Of a stretch of 64,000 bases of DNA, positions 41,059 through 48,979 are shown piece after piece (position 1 is the first letter of the stretch; each line of letters begins with the position of its first letter). The translations under genes were made by a program, and so were the position numbers. Where the stretch lies: assembly GCA_964196155.1 (NCBI GenBank), contig CAXMRP010000045.1:3373-67372 (forward strand). The letters run 5' to 3'. The notes below the pieces were generated by a model that ran no database searches, was not told where the DNA came from, and saw only the letters and a program-made list of their open reading frames with translations. The DNA comes from an uncultured Polyangiaceae bacterium (GTDB lineage Bacteria; Pseudomonadota; Alphaproteobacteria; Rhizobiales; Afifellaceae).

Positions 41059-41955
41059 CTAGTCATCTGCCTCGCCGGTCACCACCGGCATGTCGGGATC
41101 GGTGCCCCATTGCGCCCACGAACCGTCAAATACCGCCACATCATGCTTGCCAGCCCGGGCCAGCGCCAGATTGAGGACGGCTGCCGTCACCCCCGAGCCG
41201 CAACTGGTGACGATAGGCTTGTCAAGATCAATCCCAGCATCGGCAAACCGCGACATGATAGCCGCGGGCGAACCCAACAGCCGATCCACGTCGAGCAGGT
41301 CGGTAAAGGGTATGTTGCGCGCGCCAGGCATGTGGCCGGACCGGGAGCCGGGTCGGGGCTCCGGCTCTGTGCCTTCAAAGCGCCCGGCGGCCCGGGCGTC
41401 GGCTACGGTCGCCGCGCCCGTGCGCAACAGCGTCTGGATATCGTCGATATCGCACACCGCAGCGGCATCCAGTGCGGCTTTAAAGCTGCCACGGATCGGC
41501 GATGCGGTGCCGGGCTCCAGAGCGCCACCGGCAGCATTCCACGCCGGCAACCCGCCATCGAGCACCCTCACATTGGTCGCACCAAAACTTTTCAGCATCC
41601 ACCACACACGCGCTGCCGAAAAAAGCCCCATCCCGTCATAAACGACAATCAGATTGTCATTCGACAGGCCAAGCCCGCGCGCCACATGGGAAAAGCCGGT
41701 GGTGTCGGGCAGCATGTGGGGCAGGGGGCTTGCCGTGTCCGAGTGGGCATCGATGTCGAAAAACACCGCGCCGGGAATATGGCCGGTGGCAAATTCGCCC
41801 ATTGCATCGCGGTTTTGCGCCGGCAAATACCACGAGGCGTCGACAATCCGCAGGCCCGCGTCGCCGTGAATTTCCAGCAACCAGTCGGCGGTCATCATCG
41901 GGTCGTCGGGTTGGTCGGCGGTGAGGGTGCCCTGCTTATCCATTGGCTCAACCAT
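41059..41955 (-). CDS. sseA: 3-mercaptopyruvate sulfurtransferase (tandem rhodanese)
   Basis: Two rhodanese domains with the active-site loop CGSGVTA. Start ATG 41955 has GGAG 6 nt upstream and overlaps the alaX stop. ATG 41943 is an alternative. Confidence 0.85.
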   Translation of the reverse strand: MVEPMDKQGTLTADQPDDPMMTADWLLEIHGDAGLRIVDASWYLPAQNRDAMGEFATGHIPGAVFFDIDAHSDTASPLPHMLPDTTGFSHVARGLGLSNDNLIVVYDGMGLFSAARVWWMLKSFGATNVRVLDGGLPAWNAAGGALEPGTASPIRGSFKAALDAAAVCDIDDIQTLLRTGAATVADARAAGRFEGTEPEPRPGSRSGHMPGARNIPFTDLLDVDRLLGSPAAIMSRFADAGIDLDKPIVTSCGSGVTAAVLNLALARAGKHDVAVFDGSWAQWGTDPDMPVVTGEADD

Positions 41956-42685
41956 CCGCATCTCCAAATCGCACCCGGATACGCCGGTTCTGCCGGCCTT
42001 TCTTCTCGATCTTGCCAACATGGATGGCGCCGATTTCACCGGTAGAGCGCACATGGGTGCCACCGCACGGTTGCAGATCGACGGCATCATCCTCGCCAAT
42101 CGCCACCAGCCGGACTGTGCCGGAACCCCTCGGCGGTTGCACACTCATGGTCCGAACCAGCGACGGGTTGGCGGCCAGTTCATCTTCGCTGATCCACCGG
42201 GTGGTCACGCGATGATCGGCGACGACAAGCGCGGCCAGTTGTGCCGACAGCGCCGCTTTGTCCACGGCGCCGGCATCGGCAATGTCGAAATCAAGCCGGC
42301 TGTCGGCTTCGCCAATCGACCCGCCGGTGACCGGATACGGCACCAGCGAGCACAAAAGGTGCAGCGCGGTATGCATTCGCATATGGGCAAGACGCCGGGA
42401 CCAGTTGAGGCGGGCAGTGATTGTATCGCCGGGCTTGATTGCGCCCGGACCCTCGCTCGGCACATGAACGATATCGCCATCCACATAGATCGTCGCGCCG
42501 ATGCTCGATAGGCTGCCATCGGCAAGAATGAAATCACCAGTGTCGCCGGGCTGCCCGCCGCTGGTGGCATAAAACACGGTTCTGTCGAGCACGATCCCGC
42601 CGCGATCATTGACCGCAATTACCTGCGCCTGGCAATCGCGCAATTCGGCATCGTCGCGAAACAGCGGCAAACTTGTCGTGCTCAT
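41948..42685 (-). CDS. AlaX-type alanyl-tRNA editing protein (Thr/Ala-tRNA synthetase second additional domain)
   Basis: Zinc-binding editing motifs HTALHLL and CGGTHV. 245 aa, with no aminoacylation domain. Confidence 0.85.
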   Translation of the reverse strand: MSTTSLPLFRDDAELRDCQAQVIAVNDRGGIVLDRTVFYATSGGQPGDTGDFILADGSLSSIGATIYVDGDIVHVPSEGPGAIKPGDTITARLNWSRRLAHMRMHTALHLLCSLVPYPVTGGSIGEADSRLDFDIADAGAVDKAALSAQLAALVVADHRVTTRWISEDELAANPSLVRTMSVQPPRGSGTVRLVAIGEDDAVDLQPCGGTHVRSTGEIGAIHVGKIEKKGRQNRRIRVRFGDADG

Positions 42686-43725
42686 TCCGGTACCGCCTCA
42701 TAGGGCACATCGATTTCGGGCACCCCGTCGATCCACGCCGGCACCGGCAAATTCTTGGTACGCAGGAATTCCGGATTGAACATCTTGGAGGCATAGCGCG
42801 TGCCGTAGTCGCACAACACGGTGACGATCGTGTGCCCCGGTCCCAGATGACGGGCCAGCCGGATCGCCCCGGCCAGATTGACCCCGGACGAGCCACCCAG
42901 ACACAAGCCCTCATGCTCCAGAAGGTCAAAGACCAGCGGCAGGGATTCCTCATCGGCGATCCGATAGGCAATATCGATGGGCGCGCCTTCCAGATTGGCG
43001 GTAATCCGGCCGTTGCCTATGCCTTCGGTGATCGAGTTGCCGACCACTTTGAGTTGCCCTTCAGCATAGTGGCCGTAGAGCGCCGATCCGGTCGGGTCCG
43101 CCAGCGCGATCATGACAGCGTCGTTCTGCGATTTCAAATACATGCCCGTGCCAGCGATTGTACCGCCGGTACCGGCCGAACAGACAAACCCGTCGACCTT
43201 GCCGCCAGTCTGCTCCCGGATTTCCGGGCCGGTTGTGTCAAAATGCGCCTGGCGGTTGGCGGTATTGTCGAACTGGTTGGCCCAAATCGCACCGACAGGT
43301 TCGCTGGCGTCGAGTTGTTCGGCAAGCCGGCCGGACAGTTTTACGTAATTGTTGGGATTGCGGTAGGGCACCGCCGGCACTTCGATCAGCGATGCGCCGG
43401 CAACCCGCAGTGCCAGCTTTTTCTCCGCCGACTGGGTTTCAGGAATGACGATCACCGACCGGTAACCCAGCGCCGCCGCAACCATGGCAATTCCGATGCC
43501 GGTATTGCCGGCCGTACCTTCAACAATGATGCCGCCGGGTCGCAGCGCGCCGCTCGATTCCGCCTGCCGGATGATCGACAGCGCCGCCCGATCCTTGACC
43601 GATTGACCGGGATTGAGAAATTCCGCTTTGCCCAAAATGGTACAACCGGTCTCTTCCGATGCCCTGCGCAAGCCGATGAGGGGCGTGTCGCCGATTGTAT
43701 CCAGGATAGATGCGTGTTGGGGCAT
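42682..43725 (-). CDS. cysK: cysteine synthase (O-acetylserine sulfhydrylase family, PLP-dependent)
   Basis: DTIGDTPLI, NPGQSVKDRAAL (PLP lysine) and GTGGTIAG motifs. TTG 43752 is an alternative start. The stop overlaps the alaX start (ATGA). Confidence 0.88.
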   Translation of the reverse strand: MPQHASILDTIGDTPLIGLRRASEETGCTILGKAEFLNPGQSVKDRAALSIIRQAESSGALRPGGIIVEGTAGNTGIGIAMVAAALGYRSVIVIPETQSAEKKLALRVAGASLIEVPAVPYRNPNNYVKLSGRLAEQLDASEPVGAIWANQFDNTANRQAHFDTTGPEIREQTGGKVDGFVCSAGTGGTIAGTGMYLKSQNDAVMIALADPTGSALYGHYAEGQLKVVGNSITEGIGNGRITANLEGAPIDIAYRIADEESLPLVFDLLEHEGLCLGGSSGVNLAGAIRLARHLGPGHTIVTVLCDYGTRYASKMFNPEFLRTKNLPVPAWIDGVPEIDVPYEAVPE

Positions 43726-43870
43726 GGCTGTGGTGGATTGTTGCACTGCCAATCACTTAAGGCCGACAATCGCGTCCGGCAAGGCGCAGGCTGTTTTCAG
43801 CGGGCAATTGGCATCTGGAGAGCCAGTGCGTGACCGGCAAACGGTAACGGACTCGGCACCGGGGCGGCCA

Positions 43871-43900
43871 ACGAAAAACGGGCGGCCATGCCGCCCGTTT
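43871..43900 (-). terminator. Rho-independent terminator after the BON-LysM gene
   Basis: AAACGGGCGG-ccatg-CCGCCCGTTT. On the minus strand it is followed by TTTTTCG. Confidence 0.8.
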
Positions 43901-43935
43901 GGAAATTGGATGGCCATCCGACCGGTGCGAAAACC

Positions 43936-44373
43936 TCAAGGAATACGCAGCACCTGTCCGGGATATATCTTGTCCGGATCCGACAGCATTGGCCGGTTGG
44001 CCTCAAAGATTTCGGTGTAGCGCGAGCCATTGTCATAATGCTTGGCCGAGATCTTCCACAAGGAATCGCCCCGTTCCACCGTATGAAACACCGGATCCTT
44101 GGCATCGCTGGTCGCCACGGTGGTCTCAATGACGGTCTCAACCGACGAAATGCCATCGACATTGCCGGCGGCAATGATGATTTTTTCCAGCGCTTCCTGG
44201 CTGCCGACATCGCCCTTGATGATCGCCTTGTCGCCGTCTACTTCGATTGTCACGCCTTCGCTGCCGATATCGTAGCTGTCGACTTCTTTTTTCAGCGCTT
44301 CTGCTTTTTCATCATCATCGTCACCCCAGCCGAGTTTTTTCCCGGCTGAGCGAACAAAATCAAATAATCCCAT
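43936..44373 (-). CDS. BON plus LysM domain protein (YgaU/Kbp-like)
   Basis: N-terminus MGLFDFVRSAGKKLG, a central BON domain and a C-terminal LysM (YTVERGDSLWKISAKHY...IYPGQVLRIP). Confidence 0.85.
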   Translation of the reverse strand: MGLFDFVRSAGKKLGWGDDDDEKAEALKKEVDSYDIGSEGVTIEVDGDKAIIKGDVGSQEALEKIIIAAGNVDGISSVETVIETTVATSDAKDPVFHTVERGDSLWKISAKHYDNGSRYTEIFEANRPMLSDPDKIYPGQVLRIP

Positions 44374-44522
44374 TTTTCCGATCCCGCCTTGTGTGTCCCC
44401 AAAGCTTTATACCCGGCAATTCGGCATCATCAACACGAATAAACGACAACGACCGGATGCAGTAAAATGATGGCGTGCAGCACTCGCTGGGCGGTAATTG
44501 AGGCAATCGCTGCGCTGAAAAA

Positions 44523-45149
44523 TCAGCCCTGGACTTCGCCGAACACATAGACATCCCAGATCACTGCTTCTTCGCCGCCGCGCAAAAACCCGTTGTGCTG
44601 GTGGGCCGATTCAATGGTGATCAGTTCGCCGGCCTCGCCAACATCGATCGAGAGCGTCGAACCTAGGCGGTAGACGAGGCTGTCGGCCACTTTCTTGCCG
44701 TTGATCTTGAACACCAGCCGCGAGCGCCGGGTCTTGCCGATATTGTCATGAGCCGACAACTGGATCGTTGTGATCTTCGCGGGATTGTCGAGTTTGATCG
44801 TCAGGCTCTGGCTCGGCGCGCAGTTCTGGTTTTTGGTGGTGCAGAAATCCGGGCACAAGACGCCGCCAATACACACCCGCTCGCCAGTCGCCTGGTGAAT
44901 AAGCCGGCCATTTATCGGCGCGTCAACAGTTTTGGCAGCCATTTTGATGACCGCTGCCGCCTCCGTTTTCTCCGCCGGTTTCATCGCCGGCTCAGACGCC
45001 ATCTGCGTAACAGCTTCAGCGCTTTTGGTCGCCGCCGCCAGTTTCGTTGCGGAATCTTCATCGGCGATGGCCGCCGAGATTATCGCAGAACTTACCATTG
45101 AGACGGTCAGCAACCCTGCAATGGCACCCACCCGGACCGATCGGAACAT
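44523..45149 (-). CDS. hypothetical secreted protein
   Basis: Signal-like N-terminus MFRSVRVGAIAGLLTVSMVSSAIISAAIA, an Ala/Lys-rich linker and a Cys-containing beta-rich C-terminal domain. No family recognised. Confidence 0.6.
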   Translation of the reverse strand: MFRSVRVGAIAGLLTVSMVSSAIISAAIADEDSATKLAAATKSAEAVTQMASEPAMKPAEKTEAAAVIKMAAKTVDAPINGRLIHQATGERVCIGGVLCPDFCTTKNQNCAPSQSLTIKLDNPAKITTIQLSAHDNIGKTRRSRLVFKINGKKVADSLVYRLGSTLSIDVGEAGELITIESAHQHNGFLRGGEEAVIWDVYVFGEVQG

Positions 45150-45480
45150 TTTTATCACTCCCATTATTCGATGAACGGTCGGCACAACGGCCACCGCCCA
45201 TGGCACAAGGGATTCATGTTCGGCCCGGAACAGGGCGTCAGTGGGACAGCAATTTGACAGTGCGGCGGTAACAATAGGCCAAATACGGCGAAGGCTTGAT
45301 CACTCGCCACATTTGCTCAGGGTAGCCGGATCGGGCGCGCACAGCGTGGTCGGATTGCGGCAGTATATCCCGATCAAACAGCGGGTCTATGTCGTGTTTT
45401 TTCTCCAGTATCTGTTCGGCATGCCCCGGAAATTGCCGGGTTCCGGGTACAAATCACACGGCCACAGGCGCCACAAATGA

Positions 45481-45513
45481 CACAAAAGGGGCCAGGCATT
45501 TCTGCCTAACCCC
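45481..45513 (-). terminator. Rho-independent terminator downstream of tRNA-Asn
   Basis: The minus-strand RNA forms GGGGUUAGGCA-gaaa-UGCCUGGCCCC followed by UUUUGUG. Confidence 0.75.
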
Positions 45514-45523
45514 TTGAAATTTC

Positions 45524-45599
45524 TGGCTCCCCGGGTCGGACTCGAACCAACGACCCAGCGATTAACAGTCGCTTGCTCTACCAACTGAGCTACCGGGGA
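45524..45599 (-). tRNA. tRNA-Asn (anticodon GTT), CCA encoded
   Basis: Its reverse complement is TCCCCGGTAGCTCAGTTGGTAGAGCAAGCGACTGTTAATCGCTGGGTCGTTGGTTCGAGTCCGACCCGGGGAGCCA. It has a 7-bp acceptor stem, anticodon loop CTGTTAA and a TTCGAGT T-loop. Confidence 0.93.
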
Positions 45600-45700
45600 A
45601 CGGAACAGCGCATATATCAGACATTTGCGCCAATGCAAGCGGAAGCCGAATCGGGCACCTATATGCCTGCAGACACAGGCATCTTCTGCCAGGAACAACG

Positions 45701-46105
45701 ATGGGTATATTTGACAAATTGTGGTCCGGATCAATACGGCCGAAGGATTCCGGACTGGATTTACCCGTCTCCGGCCAGACTGATCTGGACGGCGAGGGCG
45801 CCGACCCGCCGTTTCGCCATTCGATTCGGCTTGGCGATCGCCGCATTCCACTACCCCGATCCCGGCTGATACGGATCATTGCCGGGATTGTGTTGATCCT
45901 GTTCGGTTTCGTTGGCTTTTTGCCGGTTCTCGGATTCTGGATGATTCCCCTCGGGCTGTTGATCCTGTCGGTCGACTTTGCTCCGATACGCCGGTTCCGC
46001 CGCCGCGCCTCGGTATGGCTGCAACGCAAGTGGAACAACTGGAAAGGCGGCGAGGCCAATGGCTCCGGCAAAGTCGGGAACAACCGGACTGATAAACCAT
46101 CCTGA
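45701..46105 (+). CDS. hypothetical small membrane protein (two adjacent TM helices)
   Basis: AGGA lies 9 nt upstream of the ATG. The hydrophobic segment is IIAGIVLILFGFVGFLPVLGFWMIPLGLLILSV. No family assigned confidently. Confidence 0.55.
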   Translation: MGIFDKLWSGSIRPKDSGLDLPVSGQTDLDGEGADPPFRHSIRLGDRRIPLPRSRLIRIIAGIVLILFGFVGFLPVLGFWMIPLGLLILSVDFAPIRRFRRRASVWLQRKWNNWKGGEANGSGKVGNNRTDKPS

Positions 46106-46184
46106 CAAACTGTGCTGGGATATCGCCGTGATCGGGCACCGCCATATCGTGTCGTGTTCAGGCTTGCGCCAATGCCGCTCGTGC

Positions 46185-46395
46185 CGCTATCGTCGGTGCA
46201 GCGTTCTGGTTCCCCGCATGAACACCGAAGTGTTCGGGGATGAAATGGGAATGCGGTAAGAAGCGACCCGGCAAGGGACTTCGAAGCCGCAGCTGCCCCC
46301 GCAACTGTGAGCGGATAGCCGACCCGCAAAGGCCACCCGACAAGGGGAAGGCGTGGGACCCGGTGATGACCCGCGAGCCAGGAGACCAGCCAGGG
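46185..46395 (+). promoter_or_regulatory. cobalamin (AdoCbl) riboswitch
   Basis: Conserved elements GGTGC...GAAATGGGAATGCGGT.AGA...GCTGCCCCCGCAACTGT...GGCCAC...GGGAAGGC...AGCCAGGAGACCAGCC (B12 box), directly upstream of cbtB. Confidence 0.85.
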
Positions 46396-46434
46396 CAACG
46401 CAACACCAGTCGCCGTCGGTGGGACGGCCAGGAG

Positions 46435-46632
46435 ATGATGATGAATAATTCCGCGACCCAAACAGACGCAGCGCCGGCACACGCGGCAATCTTCGCCCGC
46501 CCGCAAATGGCTGCCCTGATGGCCATCCTGTTTGGCATCTTGTTGATCGCCGGTGCCGGGTTTGCCCAGTCAAGCGTGCTGCACGACGCCACCCACGACA
46601 CCCGTCACGCCTTCGGCCTTCCCTGCCACTGA
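46435..46632 (+). CDS. cbtB: cobalt transporter subunit CbtB
   Basis: 65 aa with one TM helix and the C-terminal His-rich motif LHDATHDTRHAFGLPCH. Confidence 0.85.
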   Translation: MMMNNSATQTDAAPAHAAIFARPQMAALMAILFGILLIAGAGFAQSSVLHDATHDTRHAFGLPCH

Positions 46633-46651
46633 GCAGGGTGAATCACGGATC

Positions 46652-47362
46652 ATGTTTCGTCCCCTCATCTTGAGCGCGGCGATTGCCGGGCTTGTCGGTG
46701 GCATTTTGGTTGCCCTTTTCCAGTTCGCTTTCGTCACACCGCTGATCGTTCAGGCTGAAGTCTATGAGGCTGCAAATGCCGCCACTTCGGCGCAGGCTTC
46801 CGCTTCGGTTGACGCCACGACCTCAACCCACGGGCACGCCCCGGCCAGCTTGTCGCGGCAGGCAATGACCGCCATGGCGACCATCGTCTATGTCGCCGGC
46901 GCCAATCTCATTCTTCTCGGCCTGATGATGTTTGCCGGCAGCCGGATCGGACCGCGCACGGCGGTCACCTGGGGCCTTGCCGCCTTCGTTGCGGTGGCCA
47001 TCGCGCCGGCTGTCGGTCTGCCGCCGGAACTGCCGGGCATGATGGCCGCCGATGTGGGTAGCCGGCAAGTCTGGTGGATCGGTACGGTGCTGGCGACGTC
47101 CGCCGGCCTGTGGGCGCTTTTTCGCGGCGCACCGCTCTGGATTGCCGCCGGTCTGATCCTGATCGTCCTTCCCCACATCATCGGCGCACCGCATATTTCC
47201 GTGAATGAGGCCGCTGACCATGCGTCCGGTGTTCCCGCAGCGCTTGCCGCCCACTTTGTCGCCGTCTCGATTGCCGGCTCGCTGATATTCTGGACAGCCG
47301 GACCGGCGGTCGCCGGCCTTGCCTTCGGCCGTTTGCAGGCCGCTGGTACCAGTGATGGATGA
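46652..47362 (+). CDS. cbtA: cobalt transporter subunit CbtA
   Basis: Multi-TM protein starting MFRPLILSAAIAGLVGGILVALFQ, located right after cbtB and under the B12 riboswitch. Confidence 0.85.
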   Translation: MFRPLILSAAIAGLVGGILVALFQFAFVTPLIVQAEVYEAANAATSAQASASVDATTSTHGHAPASLSRQAMTAMATIVYVAGANLILLGLMMFAGSRIGPRTAVTWGLAAFVAVAIAPAVGLPPELPGMMAADVGSRQVWWIGTVLATSAGLWALFRGAPLWIAAGLILIVLPHIIGAPHISVNEAADHASGVPAALAAHFVAVSIAGSLIFWTAGPAVAGLAFGRLQAAGTSDG

Positions 47363-47891
47363 CCGGGCGGACAGGCGCGCGATCCTGGTGCTCGGCGGCG
47401 CGCGTTCCGGCAAGAGCCGGTATGCCGAATCGATAGCCAATTCATGCGCTGACCGGGTCTATATCGCCACCGCAGAGGCTGGTGACAGGGAGATGGCCGA
47501 GCGCATAACTGCTCATCGCGACCGACGTGGCAGCAAATGGACGACGGTTGAGGAGCCGTTGGCGCTGGAGGCGGCAATCACCGCCAGTGCCGCACTGGGC
47601 CGGGCGCTCCTTGTTGACTGCCTGACCGTGTGGCTCAGCAATCTGATGGCCGCCGGTGAAGATGCGGGAAAGCGCGGACAGGATCTGGGCGCTTCGCTCG
47701 CCGCCGCGCCGGGAACTGTAATTCTGGTTTCCAACGAGGTCGGCATGGGTCTGGTGCCGCAAACACCGCTGGGCCGTGCATTTCGCGACGCGCAGGGACA
47801 ACTCAATCAACATATCGCCGGCATTTGCGACACGGTGATTTTTGTCGCCGCCGGCCTGCCGCTCGCCCTGAAAGGCAAAATTCCGACATGA
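47355..47891 (+). CDS. cobP: bifunctional adenosylcobinamide kinase / adenosylcobinamide-phosphate guanylyltransferase
   Basis: P-loop GGARSGKS and CLTVWLSN motif. The start overlaps the cbtA stop. Confidence 0.9.
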   Translation: MDDRADRRAILVLGGARSGKSRYAESIANSCADRVYIATAEAGDREMAERITAHRDRRGSKWTTVEEPLALEAAITASAALGRALLVDCLTVWLSNLMAAGEDAGKRGQDLGASLAAAPGTVILVSNEVGMGLVPQTPLGRAFRDAQGQLNQHIAGICDTVIFVAAGLPLALKGKIPT

Positions 47892-48979
47892 ACGATACCC
47901 GCTCCCCATCGCCGACATATTCCAGTGAAAATCCACCCCCACCATCCCGCATCCCGGCAACCATCGTCACCGGATTTCTGGGGGCAGGGAAGACCACCTT
48001 GATCCGCAACCTCCTGCAAAATGCCGGCGGGCGCCGCATCGCGCTGATCGTCAATGAATTTGGCGATATCGGCTTCGATGGCGCGCTGCTGGCCGAACGC
48101 ACTGGCGATGGCACCAATGCTCCGGCTTGCAAAGCCGAGGATATTGTCGAACTGGCCAATGGCTGCATCTGCTGCACTGTCGCCGATGATTTTCTGCCGG
48201 CAATGGAGGCGCTGCTCGATCGTGACGTGCCGCCTGACAATATCATCATCGAAACGTCGGGCCTGGCGTTGCCGCAACCACTGGTCAGGGCCTTCGCCTG
48301 GCCATCGGTACGAAACCGGGTGACTGTCGACGGCGTCGTGACCATTGTTGATTCCGCCGCCGTTGCAGCTGGCAAGGTCGCCGCCGATGAGGACAGGGTT
48401 GCCGAACAGCGCGCCGCCGACGGGGCGCTCGACCACGACGATCCGATCAGCGAACTGTTTGAAGATCAGATCCGCTGCGCCGATCTGATTGTCCTGTCCA
48501 AGGCCGACCTTGTCGACGAGGTCGGCCTGGCCCGGGTTGAAGCCACGATTGCCGATGATCGCCGCCCGCAGGCGCGCACCTTGAAGGCGACCATGGGCAA
48601 TCTGCCGGCGGATATCGTGCTGGGCGTTCGCGCCGGCGCCGAGGACGATTCCCACAACCGCCTCAGCCATCACGAGCGCGCCGGCGAGGAAGACCACGAG
48701 CACGACGATTTTGATTCCTTCTCCCTCGACGCCGGGTTTTCAAACCGCCAGGAAGCGGAAGAAAATGTCCGTGCGGCGATGGCCAACACCGACGTGCTGC
48801 GCATCAAGGGCACGGTCCGCATCGACGGAAAATCCCTGCCGCTGGCCATTCAGGCGGTCGGCCCGAGGGTTGAATCCTGGTTTTTGACCGGCGCCGCTCC
48901 TGTAAAAACCGGCCTTGTCGTCATCGGCCTGTCGGGCCTTGATGAACTGGCGATCCGGCAGCTTTTGACGGCGCTGTAA
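47888..48979 (+). CDS. cobW: cobalamin biosynthesis GTPase CobW (COG0523 family)
   Basis: GFLGAGKTT P-loop, CICCT motif and the His/acidic stretch HHERAGEEDHEHDD. ATGA overlap with cobP. Confidence 0.9.
   Translation: MNDTRSPSPTYSSENPPPPSRIPATIVTGFLGAGKTTLIRNLLQNAGGRRIALIVNEFGDIGFDGALLAERTGDGTNAPACKAEDIVELANGCICCTVADDFLPAMEALLDRDVPPDNIIIETSGLALPQPLVRAFAWPSVRNRVTVDGVVTIVDSAAVAAGKVAADEDRVAEQRAADGALDHDDPISELFEDQIRCADLIVLSKADLVDEVGLARVEATIADDRRPQARTLKATMGNLPADIVLGVRAGAEDDSHNRLSHHERAGEEDHEHDDFDSFSLDAGFSNRQEAEENVRAAMANTDVLRIKGTVRIDGKSLPLAIQAVGPRVESWFLTGAAPVKTGLVVIGLSGLDELAIRQLLTAL

Noticed and set aside
45207-45523. Possible integrase or island remnant next to the 3' end of tRNA-Asn, plus the ORF at 45241-45480
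   Set aside because: A 71-codon stop-free minus-strand frame exists (…AEQILEKKHDIDPLFDRDILPQSDH…), but it has no start codon and matches no family I recognise. I found no duplicated copy of the tRNA 3' end nearby. The listed + strand ORF has atypical composition and no SD.
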